Positions 51,016 through 63,289 of a stretch of DNA of 64,000 bases are shown here, in pieces. The stretch lies in NCBI RefSeq assembly GCF_006345805.1, contig NC_043002.1, positions 57,040,001 to 57,104,000 of the forward strand. Direction: 5' to 3'. How positions within the stretch are numbered: the stretch's first letter is position 1; each line of letters starts with the position of its first letter. A program made the position numbers and the translations under genes. The notes under the pieces were generated by a model, which saw only the letters and a list, made by a program, of their open reading frames with translations, ran no database searches and had not been told where the DNA came from. This DNA is from Octopus sinensis. Taxonomy: Eukaryota.

Positions 51016-51369
51016 CACAAAGCTTCTAGATGCTAGGGGTTCACCACAGCTTTATGCATGTCAGGGTACTAAACTAATGCACTTCATTAAATCATTTACT
51101 AAATTAATTCCTGACTTGTTACATCAGTGATCATTGTTAGTTATTCAGATTAAACCTGGCATCCATATCAAGTCCCATCCCTTGCTCCTTGAGTGCCTTT
51201 TAGCACAGGTTTCTTTCTTGTTGCCATTTAGCCCATTTCTTTGATCTGAGCCATGGTTTCCTTCTTTCTCCTGACCAACTTTAGGATTTCACAAAGCTCA
51301 TTCACACTTCTCTTCTAAGCCTGTAACCCTTCTGATACCAATCCACTTGAGACTACCTCACTAATTCTC

Positions 51370-51921
51370 TGGTGTGAGTTCGATTCCAGGTAGTGACCTG
51401 AATAATAGTAATAATAATTAATGATGGGAGCATCATAGCCATGTGTTGAGAGGGATTCTTTGGGGTTTGAATAATTCACCTCTGGAAGCATGGGTGTTTC
51501 GTTCAACATCCTTAAACAACCCTTATTCAGGGACCTTTTGAGCAGGATGGGTTACCTGACCAGAAGAAAATTCTAACTGGGCCCCACCCGCAAGGTCATG
51601 CGTTGTGTTAATCTTGATATGAGATCACCATGTCGCGCACATATGGTTGTGATTGATGCATGTACCTGTATAGCCTTATCAGACAGGTAGTCATGATGGG
51701 TATACTGGGCTTCGTATATTTTACCCCAGTGTCACTTTGATGGCATGCACTGCTCTCTCACTTAATAATAATAATAATATTGAAAAATACCTTAGGAATG
51801 AGAACCCAGGTTCAAAATTTCCCAAAGACACCTGAAGAAGGCTAGAGGGTATATCAGCCGAAATGTTGTGTTAACAACAAACAAGATGAGGACAAATATC
51901 CGTCAAATGTAAATAATGTAA
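51370..51921 (+). mobile_element. tRNA-head plus (AAT)n plus hammerhead-tail element (5' truncated), with a ~345-bp repeat inserted in its AAT tract (51421-~51764)
   Basis: B box GTTCGATTCC 51378-51387. The tail 51781-51921 matches the reverse complement of 52755-52905. HHR at 51827-51872: GACAC-CTGAAGA-A-GGCT...AGCC-GAAA-T-GTT-GTGTT. Confidence 0.75.
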
Positions 51922-52199
51922 TGTGAAATTTCCTGTTTGAAAGTGATCTAAACTAAAATCTGCCATCAAAATTTCACGTCAATGTTTGCAACACTAGCTT
52001 CAATAATGACAACATTATCTAACCGATTTCATTTTCTAAATTTATACAAATGCAGTGCATAGAATATTTCCATAAAAATATAGTACCCACCCAAGGGGTT
52101 TTGACCAAGATTGGCCCAGGCCATGCCCAACTTAATAGCACCACCTGATCTTTTAATTTCTCTTGTACTATATGTTAATATTGGTTTCAAATTTTAGCA

Positions 52200-52640
52200 C
52201 AAGGCTAATAATTTTGGGGGAGGGGACTAGTTGATTACATCAACCCCAGTGTGTAATTGGCACTTAATTTATTGCCCCCACTCCCTGAAAAGCAAAGCTG
52301 ACCTTGATGAAATTTGAACTCAGAACATGAAGACAGATGCTTAGCAGCCTTTTGTCTGGCATAGTAACGATTGTCAGATTGCTGCCATAATAATAATATA
52401 ACAGTAATAATCCTTTCTACTATAGGCACAAAGGCCTGAAATTTGGGGGAAGGGATTGAGTCGATCGCATCGAAACCCCCCTCCCCCCATCATACTCAAC
52501 TGGTACTCAATTTACCAACCCTGAAAGGATAAAAGGCAAAGTCAACCTCAGCAGAATTTGAACTCAGAACCTAGCAACAGGCAAAATACCACCAATCATT
52601 TCATCCGGCATGCTGACAATTCTGCCTGTTTGCTGCCTTA
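52200..52640 (-). mobile_element. Two tandem SINE family B copies, CpG-decayed
   Basis: AAAGGCAAAGTCAACCTCAGCAGAATTTGAACTCAGAAC and a similar copy at ~52290-52330. Confidence 0.65.
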
Positions 52641-52740
52641 ATAATAATAATAATAATAATAATAATTGAATTTATTTTGCATTCGGTTTATTTGCAGAAA
52701 GTACTAGAAGTCTTTCCTTTCATAAAACTAAATTGATCTA

Positions 52741-53020
52741 TACAGTTCTATATTTAAGAGATGAGGAATTATTTACATTATTTACATTTGACATATTTGT
52801 CCTCATCTTGTTTGTTAAGTGTTTCAGCTGATATACCCTCCAGCCTTCATCAGGTGTCTTGGGGGAAATTTCGAACCTGGGTTCTCATTCCTAAGGTATT
52901 TTTCTATGTTATTATTATTATTACTATTATTATTCAGGCCACTTCCTGGAATCAAACTTGGAATCTTGGGGTTAGTAGCCTGCACTCTTAACCGCTATGC
53001 CATAATACCTGTGGGCATAT
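52741..53020 (-). mobile_element. tRNA-head plus (AAT)n plus hammerhead-tail element, uninterrupted copy
   Basis: Minus strand: A box TGGCATAGCGG (52992-53002), B box GTTTGATTCC (52948-52957), (AAT)n, then GACAC-CTGATGA-A-GGCTG-GAGGGTATAT-CAGCT-GAAAC (52819-52858; 3' stem partly deleted). Confidence 0.78.
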
Positions 53021-53064
53021 GTAAATTGATTTAATTCTGAATAACTTGTTTGAAAAAGGTTTTA

Positions 53065-53415
53065 CTTGTTTGTCATTTGACTGTGGCCATGCTAGAGCAC
53101 CACCTTCAGTCAAAGAAATTGACTCCTGGACTTATTCTTTGTAAGCCTAGTACTGATTCTAGGTCTCTTTTGCCGAACCGTTGAGTTTCGGGGACATAAA
53201 CACACATCGGTTGTCAAGCAATGGTGGGAAGAGAAAACACACACACACACGTATGCCGGGCTTCTTTCAATTTCTGTCTACCAAATCCACTCACAAGGCT
53301 GTGGCCGGCCCGAGGCTATAGTAGGAGACACTTGCCCAAGGTGCCAATTAGTGGGCCTAAACCTGGAGCCATGTGGTTGGGAAGCAAGCTTCACAACACA
53401 CAGCTACTCCTGTGC
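53065..53415 (-). mobile_element. SINE family A
   Basis: Head-to-tail match with partial CpG retention. Confidence 0.82.
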
Positions 53416-55679
53416 CATGTTAATGATATAATTATTAAATGTATATACCAGAAGTGAGAGAAATATAAAGCTTACTAATCATAGGTGATTTTTTTTTTCT
53501 AACTGCTGTCCGTAGTTTAATAACTACAGTAGATGGTATGTCACAGCCAACTTGTGAAAGTTTGTGTACCTATTCATTTCTTTAACTTTGAGTAGTTATT
53601 ATATATGCAGGCCGACAGCAACAGCAGTAGTAGTAATAATAGTAGCAGTTTTAATAGAAGTGTATCATGTAAATGAAAGATTATAAACATGTTGCAGATA
53701 ATTTACTTACTAAATGTAATAAATGTTAAAAGGAGAAAAAATTTTAATCTGCCTTTATTCAATTTTGAATTTTTTTCTTAATTTTAGAACATCACTTTAC
53801 ATTTTGTGGGCAAATCTTTTTATTTAGAACGAAATACTTTCTTTCTTACCTGGTAGTATTCAGGTCAAACTGTCAGTTATGTAAGCTTCCTCCTGTCTAG
53901 GGATTGAGGCAATATGACAAAGGTTGTTCTAGTAGATTGTAATATTATGTGTTTGAAAATATTTCACCATTGCTAAATGTAAAAACATGGTCAGAAAAAT
54001 CAATATTGCTTAGCAATCATCTGTCTGCAGTTGTTGTGGTGATTAATTTGTAGCTTGCATGTTGATGATGACTGCAGGGGGAAGAAAACCTGGTTAGTGA
54101 GGCAATTAGAAATGGTAACAGTTCTGGGGGTTGTTGGGAATTGAGGCAAGGAGAAAAAAAGCAGGCATACTGGACAGAGATGGTAAATAGCTTGTTCGTT
54201 GGGAAGGCCAGGAAATGTTGGGAGAAGACGGTGGTGGTTATATTTAGTTGTGTATTAATGAGTGGTGTGGCAATCAAATACCTTGTTCTTGGCTGTAGTT
54301 TAGAATGACTGTGAAAATAATGGACCTGTTCCAGCCAATGTTTTATAGAGTAACCAAGTGTTGAGAACTGATGGTTACCTTTGCAGAAGTTACCTAGTTT
54401 TGGGATGCCATAATATCTGTAATAAAGTAGTTGGTATCAACAGCTAAGAGTGTGGCTTGGTTGTTGCAAGTGTTTATGACGAATAGACAGTTCTAATAGC
54501 CCCCTCCCCCCCACTGTCTGTCACTGTTGTAATAACAACCTGTCAGATGTCATATTTGTGAAGAGCTGAAAGGAAGTTAAATGTGCCACATAATATCAAG
54601 GTATATGACTTTAATGGAATTACAATTGAGAACATTGGGAGGTGGTTAACCATGTTTTCTCTTTTGTTAATGAAGAAGTTTGTTATTAAGATAATTTCTA
54701 ATTGGATTTCCTTCACTAACTCCAGGTTCATTGACTTAGGTATCTTTTATTAGATTCTATTTAATCACCTCAACATAAAATTCATTTTTTTTGATAACAT
54801 TACTTTTTTCTTTAAGTCTTCTAACATGACTATCATTTCTCCCTCAAAATTTTATTTATTTTTTTTTTTTTTAAAGAAAAATCACTTTACCCTTAAGATT
54901 TTTGCAACATTACAAAATAAAATCCTGTTTTTATGTCTTCAACATCATTTAAATTCCATTTTCCATGCTGGTATGGGGTGGACGATAGTTTGACAGGAAC
55001 TGGCAAGCCAGAGTGCTTCATCAGGCCACAGTTGTCTGTTTTGGCATGGCTTGTATGGCTGGAGGCTCTTCCTAACACCAACCACTTTGCAGTGTATACT
55101 GAATGGTCTTTAGGTGGCATGGCTGCTTTTTGGGTGGCACTGACACAAGCACTTTTAAGGTGGCACCACTTGAGGAAAATCATTATGCCAATCCTCTTTC
55201 CCTAAAATCACTAAAAAAAAAAATTATCCCTTAGCCCCCCCATCCCCCATAACTGAACTCACCAAAGATTGTGAGGTCAACTGGTTTGTCGCATTCGTTT
55301 GAATGAGAGCCAGAATTTCTGAAAGTTTCTCGAGTCACAAAGTCTAAACTGGTTTCATGAGAAGTGTACCATGGTTAGTGTCAATAGTTCTGACTTGGAT
55401 TCACTCATTGACAATTGGTCCAGCTACTTGGCTGCCTTTTTTCATTTTCTCCCTTTTAATGAGTTTCATTGTTTCAGCATTAGATAATCTTTTTTTTTTT
55501 AACTTTTTTTTTTTTAGGATAGTTCATATTTGTTGTTTTGTTAATGTGATGTAATATTGGTGTGATTTTCATAATTGCTTTGAATCTTAAACTATATAAC
55601 TTGTTTGACTTGTTTAATAAGAAACAAAAATATTTCCAAAAGTATCTGTAATGTCTTCGTTATTGTCTATTTATTTATA

Positions 55680-55865
55680 TACTGCAGGCATAGCTATGTA
55701 GTTGAGAAGTTTACTTCGTAATCACATGGCTTTGGGTTTTAATCCCATTGCATGGCACCTTTTTGGCAAGTGTTTTCTATATCCCCAAGCTGACCAAATC
55801 TTTGTTACTGGATTTGGTAGAAAAAACTGAAAGAAGCTTGTGTGTGTGTGTGAGTGTGTGTTTCT
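55680..55865 (+). mobile_element. 5' part of SINE family A, decayed
   Basis: GGCATAGCTATGTAGTTGAGAAG...TGGCACCTTTTGGCAAGTG...GGATTTGGTAG. Confidence 0.6.
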
Positions 55866-56507
55866 CCTTGCCTTGGCATTGCATGTCCTACAGGGAGTGT
55901 CATTCATTTCTGATATTCTGTGAAAAGGCGTCTGGCCATGGAAATAATATCTTACTTGGGTATGGGTTGGTGGCAGGAAGGGCATCCAGCTGTAGAAAAT
56001 CTGCCTCAGTAAACTCTGCCCAACCCATGCAAACATAGAAAAGTGGATATTAAAACGATGACAGCTTGTTACAAAAGGATCTGTCATTAACGTACAAAAT
56101 AGTTAAATTACTTTGTAATGACAGCATTGTTCATGTCTGCATATGCTAATTCCATATGTAGACAAGTTACTTAACTTTGGTTTATCTGATTCTATTTCTA
56201 TAGAGAAACCTGTCCTCATTCAGCATCTATTTTCATTTTCCCTGCTGGCCTGGGTAGGATGGTTTGGTAGGGTCTGATGAGTCACAGTTGCATTAGATCT
56301 TCATGTCTGTTTTGGCAATGTCTCTACAGTTGGATGCCTTCTTTCCAGCATGGAAAATGCATTTTAAATGATGATTTTAAGAGTTAGTGTTATTTACTCA
56401 ACATGATTTGAGCACTCAATAACTATCTTTATTATAAACACTTGATTCAATATTAGTTTTCTTTTTATTGGTCTCAAAATTGATCCAGGCTTTAGAGTGG
56501 GTAAATA

Positions 56508-56725
56508 CAGTATCTCTTGACTACCGCGGGTGTTACGTTCCAAAACTCCTCATGATAGGTGAAAATCCATGAAGTAGAAACAGTACTGTACTCCATATAT
56601 TTTAAAATTATTTTTATAATTTGTATATATTTTATTATAAATGCAAAACAACACCACAGAGGAACCGACGTAAGCTTAAATAATAAACCATGATAGGTGA
56701 AATGCAATATGGGGAGGGATTATTG
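56508..56725. mobile_element. pogo/Tigger-type MITE, CpG-decayed copy
   Basis: CAGTATCTCTTGACTACCGCGG / GGGGAGGGATTATTG with TA flanks; same family as 18356-18560. Confidence 0.72.
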
Positions 56726-57159
56726 TACTTTACTTTCCTCCCTCTTTGTTTTGGGTTCATATCACTGTGTTGCATCTTGGACAAGTGTTTTTTTTTTTTT
56801 AAGTTCTGGGCCAACCAAAACCTAAATTTAGATGACAAAAACTGAAAAAAGTTCATTGTGCATGTTTCATTTGCATTTTAGGAAAGTTGTGAGTGATTGC
56901 ATTGTCAGTTCTGTCACCAAACCATTTGTTCACTCCTTCGATGACGTGTCTGGTGCTTTTTTTTATGTGGCACCAACATCAGCTTCCAATACTAATGCTT
57001 TTTACATGAATGTCCATCATAAGGAATTGGTGCAAAATTTTAGGAATGTTGGCTTTTAATGCTGTTTTAGTTCCTTTGAGTCTCTGTCTATGAATAAGAT
57101 AAATTTTGATCTGACTTCATACTGTTGTATAACACACATTGACAAATTAATAATCTTCA

Positions 57160-57500
57160 AATTTTCAATGTGGCTGTTTTTTTTGCAGTCGCATGATTTT
57201 GGGTTCAATCTCACTGCATGGCACTTTGGGCAACTCTCTTCTATAGCTCTGGACTGACCAAAGCCTTGTGGGTAAATTTGGTAAAGACTGTGGAAGCCTA
57301 TTGTATGTATGTGTGTCTTGTCCCCCACCCACTATTTGGTAAGTGGTATTGGTTTATGTCCCTTTTGCTTAGTGGTTTGGCAAAAGAGACTGGTAGAATA
57401 TGTACCAAACTTAAAAAAAGGTACCCAAGTAGATTTCTTCGACCAAATCTCAAGGTGGTGCTCCAGCATGGCTACAGTCTGAAACAGCTAAAAGTAAAGT
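57160..57500 (+). mobile_element. SINE family A, CpG-decayed
   Basis: GCTTAGTGGTTTGGCAAAAGAGACTGG. Confidence 0.75.
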
Positions 57501-58271
57501 GTAATTATGAAACTGAATCCTTGGAAATTTAGATTGGAGATGATTTTTGCACTCTTTGAACTAAACACTCCTGATAAAAACATATTTTTGTTCTAAATTT
57601 AGAATATCTTTATCTGAGAAGTTCTGGTTAATGAAGAAAATGGTGCCAAGCATTACAAGAGATGGTAATGCATTGCCACAAGGAGCAACTAGTCCAGGCT
57701 AAAGGAATATGAACCACAGCAATTAAGATATCAGATAAGATCTGATATTTCTGTGATGTAATTGGCACTGACTGGTAACGGGGCCAAGAATATGTCACCA
57801 GTGGCTGCAAGATGTCTGGAAGGTGTTTAACAGTTACTCACAAAGAGTCTGACTGTTTACTTTTTTTTTTTATTATTACAAGCAGAGCTCAGTAATAATA
57901 CTGGCCAGTATAAGTACATATGCTGGCTGGGTCGATTTCTCCATTTTCACTATATGTCAATTTGTGAGAGAAAGAGTTAACATAAAGTGCAAGATGACTG
58001 CATAGCAGGCAGTGAGTGAATGCCACACACACTCTCACTCCTCATGGAGATGAGGAGAGGGTATGTGTGTGTGTATGAATTTCCACATGTTGAGAATAAA
58101 TTTCATTTTCAATGTTTTGTCTTACATTTTGAATAGTGTTTTAATTGTATTTCAACCCTTTAGCATTTAAACTGACCATATCTAGCCCTAATATTCTACC
58201 TTCTTTGTGTTCAAACTGGCCATGTCTGGCCTCTCACACATACCCTACAATATCATTCTAAAAAATAGGTG

Positions 58272-58632
58272 AAGGAGTGGCTGTGTGGTAAGTAGCTTGC
58301 TTACCAACCACATGGTTCCGGGTTCATTCCCACTGCATGGCACCTTGGGCAAGTGTCTTGCCTCAGGCCAACCAAAGCTTTGTGAGTGGATTTGGTAGAT
58401 GGAAACTAAAAGAAGCCCATTGTATAGATGTATATATATGTTTGGGTCTGTGTTTGTCCCCCCAACATCGCTTGACAACCAATGGTGTGTTTATATCCCC
58501 ATAACTTAGTGGTTTGGCAAAAGAGACTGATAGAATAACTACTAGGCTTACAAAGAATAAATCCTGGAGTTGATTTGTTTGACTAAAGGTGGCGCTCCAG
58601 CATCACCACTGTCAGATGACTGAAACAAAAGA
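58272..58632 (+). mobile_element. SINE family A, CpG-decayed
   Basis: GGAGTGGCTGTGTGGTAAGTAGCTTGC head; CTTAGTGGTTTGGCAAAAGAGACTGATAG. Confidence 0.85.
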
Positions 58633-58659
58633 ATAATCAGCCAGGAAAATGTTAGCAGC

Positions 58660-59120
58660 AATGTATATTTGAAGGTACCTTGCCATTTGAGAGAAGCTTG
58701 ATTGCATTCTGGGCCTCTGCTTCAAATGCCTGACATGCGACTCTCCAAGAGACTGGAAGGCAAGTGTATGGAAGGTGGGCTGAAAAAGTGGGTCTTCCAG
58801 AAGACCCTCAGTCTAAGAACTTTGAGATCAACCCTGACATCTGAGAAATGCAAATAAAAGAGCCTCCACCCTGGCAAAGATGAACCAACAGAAGTGCCAC
58901 CTATATACAAAACAGAATTTCAGAGGCACAAAGAAAACAAATTACATGAGAGCAGAGCCATCTCTTTGCCTTCGGTCCCAATGCAACATCAGTGCCCCAT
59001 CTGCTGCAGAGCCTTCCAAGCATGTATTGGGTCGATTGACTCATAGTTGGACACACTGTGCGTTGTCTTATCCCATGTGATGTCCTTGGTCATCATTGAC
59101 AATGATGGACAAACTAATAA
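58660..59120 (+). mobile_element. 3' end of an RTE (BovB-like) LINE
   Basis: Decayed reading ...SLRTLRSTL.. followed by HQCPICCRAFQACIG (C-terminal C2H2-like motif) and a GGTCATCATTGACAATGATGGAC tail. Confidence 0.6.
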
Positions 59121-59363
59121 TTGAAGGAAAGATCAGGTGTGTGTGTGGGGTGGGGGAGACAAAAGCATTAAGGGAACTACTGGATATTTGATGCATTAAT
59201 TATTGCTTTTAAGAAGAAAAAAAGATTAAATTGATATGTTTGTTGAAAGTTGGAATGTCATAGGATGATAGCTACAATAGAATGTGAAATTTGATAAGCC
59301 CTTAAACTTGATATGAAACTATTTTTGTGTCACATACTCATACTACTTGTATGTGTGTGTGTG

Positions 59364-59458
<95 letters not shown>

Positions 59459-59874
59459 CAACAAATAAAAATGTAAGGTCAATATGCACTTATATTTCAT
59501 CATCACTTGGTATCTGCTTTCTATTGCTGGCAAGGGTTGGACAGTTTGACTGTATCCAATAACTCAAGGGACCCCATCTCATTCCACTGCCTTGGTTTTG
59601 GTATAGTTTGATTGGTAGTATGCCCTTTATGCCAGCTAGTTTTTGCTGTGAGTATTGGGTGTATATTTTTTTCTTCATTGCACCAAGATCTTGTGAGGTT
59701 GCCTTATAGCTAACAAAACTAAAGGGCTTCCTCAGCAGAAAAGGGGGTAGAATTTGTTTCATGTCCATTCTTAGTGACAATTGCAGATCCATGTCCAGAA
59801 GTTTTCAGCAGCCACGATTGACAGGCCAGGAATGGTCTGGAGGATTTTTATGGTGTTACGTTTTATATTTACAT

Positions 59875-60235
59875 AGATGCAGGCATGGCAGTGTGGTAAG
59901 AAGTTTACTTCTCACCTACAGGATTCTGGGTTCAGTTCCACTGTGTGGCACATTGGGCAAGTGTCTTCAATAACCTTGAATTAACCAAAGCCTCATGAGT
60001 GGATTTGGTAGATGGAAACTGAAAGAAAGCCATTGTCTCTTTCTGTTTACCCCACCCCCAACCACTGCTTGACAACCAATGTTTGTTTATTCCCCCATGA
60101 CTTAGTGGTTTGGGAAAAGAGACCAATAGAACAAGTCCCAGGCTTCAAAAAGAGAAAGTACTGAATTAACTCATTTGACTAAACATCCTTAAAAGCAGTG
60201 CTCCAGCATGACCACACTTTAATGACTGAAAATCT
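59875..60235 (+). mobile_element. SINE family A, CpG-decayed
   Basis: GGCATGGCAGTGTGGTAAG head; CTTAGTGGTTTGGGAAAAGAGACCAATAG. Confidence 0.8.
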
Positions 60236-60279
60236 GATTTGTTACTCCCCCCATACTGTTATATTTGTTTTAAGACCTC

Positions 60280-60610
60280 ATCTTTTACTTGTTTTAGTCA
60301 TTGGATTGTGGCCATTCTGGGGCACCACCTTGATGCTTTTTTTCTTTTTAGTTGAACAAATCTAACCCAGTAGTTTTTTTTTAGTTTGGTACTTTTTGTT
60401 GGTCTCTATTGCTGTACTGCTAAGTTATAGATACATACCACCTATTGCCAAGCTGTGGTGGTGGGTTATTGACATGTTTCCACCTGCCAAATCCACTGAC
60501 AAGACTTTGGTTGGGACCAGGGATGTAGTAAAACACACTTGCCCAACATGCCATGCGGTGGGACTGAACTTGGGACCATATGGTTAAGCGTCATAACCAC
60601 CTAACCATGC
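60280..60610 (-). mobile_element. SINE family A in the opposite orientation, ~50 bp from the previous copy
   Basis: CTTTTACTTGTTTTAGTCATT...GGGACTGAACTTGGGACCATATGG. Confidence 0.7.
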
Positions 60611-61589
60611 TTGTGCCATTGAGAAAGAGAAAAAAAGTCTGATCCCTAGCTATCGAAACGAAATAATTACATATCTAATTAATTAATTAATGATAAAGAA
60701 CTAAACAATCTGTGCAATTGGGTGGGTGGGGGCAGTTATTTCAGGGCCTTGTTTTGTTCCAAAATTAAATTTTCTTTTGTTGTTAATCTCTTCCCTAAGT
60801 TTCTTTTATTCATTTTAAATAAACGTCACTCAAATTTAAGGTTTTCATTTTTTCTCCAAACCAAGTTAGCTGCTGCCACTTACTTTCCTCTTCCCTAACA
60901 CTTGCTCACACTTAAGTTTGAACCAATTTCATTTCAAAGATGCAAGAACCTCTAATATACTTGTTGATTAGAGTTAATTGGCATAATTGACATGAAGGAT
61001 GTTCTGCAAGATGTTGTTGTTTATGTGTAACATATTTATCCCAAGATAGAAGTCTTTTAATAATAAGCAAAACAGAAAATGGAATTTTTTGGGGGGGTCA
61101 TTTTCTTTTAGAAAAGCATTTCAATTGAAAATTACAAAGTCGTAAACAGGAGGCTAGTCGTAAAAAATATTCAAAAAGCTAAAATCTTTTCCTTCTCTTA
61201 AGCTACGCATAGAAATTATAATTTTCGAATGTCAAGTTCTTGATGTGAAATTTAGTGTTTTGTTAGGGCTCTTGAAGTTGTTTTCATGCAATGGTTCTAA
61301 AGAGGAAACATTAAAAGTGGTTTTTCTGATTTGCCTTTTCTTGGGAAGCTATAATTAAAAAAAAAAAATGTGAATTGTACCTCCGCATAGTACTTGTGTG
61401 TGTGTGTATGAAGTGAGTTAATGACTGGTAAGCTAGCTTGGTAGTAGACACAATGCAATCAGCATGTTTGATAAGGTAGGACTGTGTGTGTGTTTCTATG
61501 TTTAATACAGTTCAACAAGTGATTTATTGACAAGACGAACAACATCTGTATTTGTGTTTCTCAACATTTCGAGATGCACAAATGTAAAT

Positions 61590-63120
61590 ATGTCTGTCAC
61601 TCTCTCTCTCTCTCTCTCTCTGTCGCTGTCTCTCTCTCTCTGTCGCTGTCTCTCTCTCTCTGTCGCTGTCTCTCTCTCTCTGTCGCTGCTCTCTCTCTCT
61701 CTGTCGCTGTCTCTCTCTCTCTGTCGCTGTCTCTCTCTCTCTGTCGCTGTCTCTCTCTCTCTGTCGCTGTCTCTCTCTCTCTGTCGCTGTCTCTCTCTCT
61801 CTGTCGCTGTCTCTCTCTCTCTGTCGCTGTCTCTCTCTCTCTGTCGCTGTCTCTCTCTCTCTGTCGCTGTCTCTCTCTCTCTGTCGCTGTCTCTCTCTCT
61901 CTGTCTGTCGCTGTCTCTCTCTCTCTGTCTGTCGCTGTCTCTCTCTCTCTGTCTGTCGCTGTCTCTCTCTCTCTGTCTGTCGCTGTCTCTCTCTCTCTGT
62001 CTGTCGCTGTCTCTCTCTCTCTGTCTGTCGCGGTCTCTCTCTCTCGTCTGTCGCTGTCTCTCTCTCTCTGTCTGTCGCTGTCTCTCTCTCTCTGTCTGTC
62101 GCTTGTCTCTCTCTCTCTGTCTGCGCTGTCTCTCTCTCTCTCTCTGTCTGTCGCTGTCTCTCTCTTCTGTCTGTCGCTGTGTCTCTCTCTCTCTTCTGTC
62201 TGTCGCTGTCTCTCTCTCTCTGTCTGTCGCTGTCTCTCTCTCTCTGTCTGTCGCTGTTCTCTCTCTCTGTCTGTCGCTGTCTCTCTCTCTCTGTCTGTCG
62301 CTGTCTCTCTCTCTCTGTCTGTCGCTGTCTCTCTCTCTCTGTCTGTCGCTGTCCTCTCTCTCTCTCTGTCTGTCGCTGTCTCTCTCTCTCTGTCTGTCGC
62401 TGTCTCTCTCTCTCTGTCTGTCGCTGTCTCTCTCTCTCTGTCTGTCGCTGTCTCTCTCTCTCTGTCTGTCGCTGTCTCTCTCTCTCTGTCTGTCGCTGTC
62501 TCTCTCTCTCTGTCTGTCGCTGTCCTCTCTCTCTCTCTGTCTGTCGCTGTCTCTCTCTCTCTGTCTGTCGCTGTCTCTCTCTCTCTGTCTGTCGCTGTCT
62601 CTCTCTCTCTGTCTGTCGCTGTCTCTCTCTCTCTGTCTGTCGCTGTCTCTCTCTCTCTGTCTGTCGCTGTCTCTCTCTCTCTGTCTGTCGCTGTCTCTCT
62701 CTCTCTGTCTGTCGCTGTCTCTCTCTCTCTCTCTCTGTCTGTCGCTCTCTCTCTCTCTCTGTCTGTCGTCTCTCTCTCTCTCTCTGTCTGTCGCTCTCTC
62801 TCTCTCTCTCTGTCTGTCGCTCTCTCTCTCTCTCTCTCTGTCTGTCGCTTCTCTCTCTCTCTCTCTGTCTGTCGCTCTCTCTCTCTCTCTGTCTGTCGCT
62901 CTCTCTCTCTCTCTGTCTGTCGCTCTCTCTCTCTCTCTGTCTGTCGCTCTCTCTCTCTCTCTGTCTGTCGCTGTCTCTCTCTCTCTGTCTGTCGCTCTCT
63001 CTCTCTCTCTGTCTGTCGCTCTCTCTCTCTCTCTGTCTGTCGCTCTGTGTCTGTCGCTCTCTGTCGCTCTCTCTCTCTCTCTCTCTGTCTGTCGCTCTCT
63101 CTCTCTCTCTCTGTCTGTCG

Positions 63121-63154
<34 letters not shown>

Positions 63155-63289
63155 CTCTCTCTCTCTCTCTGTCTGTCGCTCTCTCTCTCTCTCTCTCTGT
63201 CTGTCGCTCTCTCTCTCTGTCTGTCGCTCTCTCTCTCTCTGTCGCTGTCGTTCTCTCTCTCTCTGTCGCTGTCGTTCTCTCTCTCTCTG
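61590..63289. repeat. ~1.7-kb minisatellite of 20-26 bp units (CT)n-GTCTGTCG-CTGT
   Basis: Direct reading; it accounts for the 421-618 aa low-complexity ORFs. Confidence 0.97.

Noticed and set aside
57860-57940. Candidate NHERF exon 2 after a poly-T tract
   Set aside because: No recognisable PDZ or EBP50 C-terminal peptide and no good donor.
59490-59830. 100-aa minus ORF possibly from a LINE
   Set aside because: I could not assign it to a family with confidence, so it is left unannotated.
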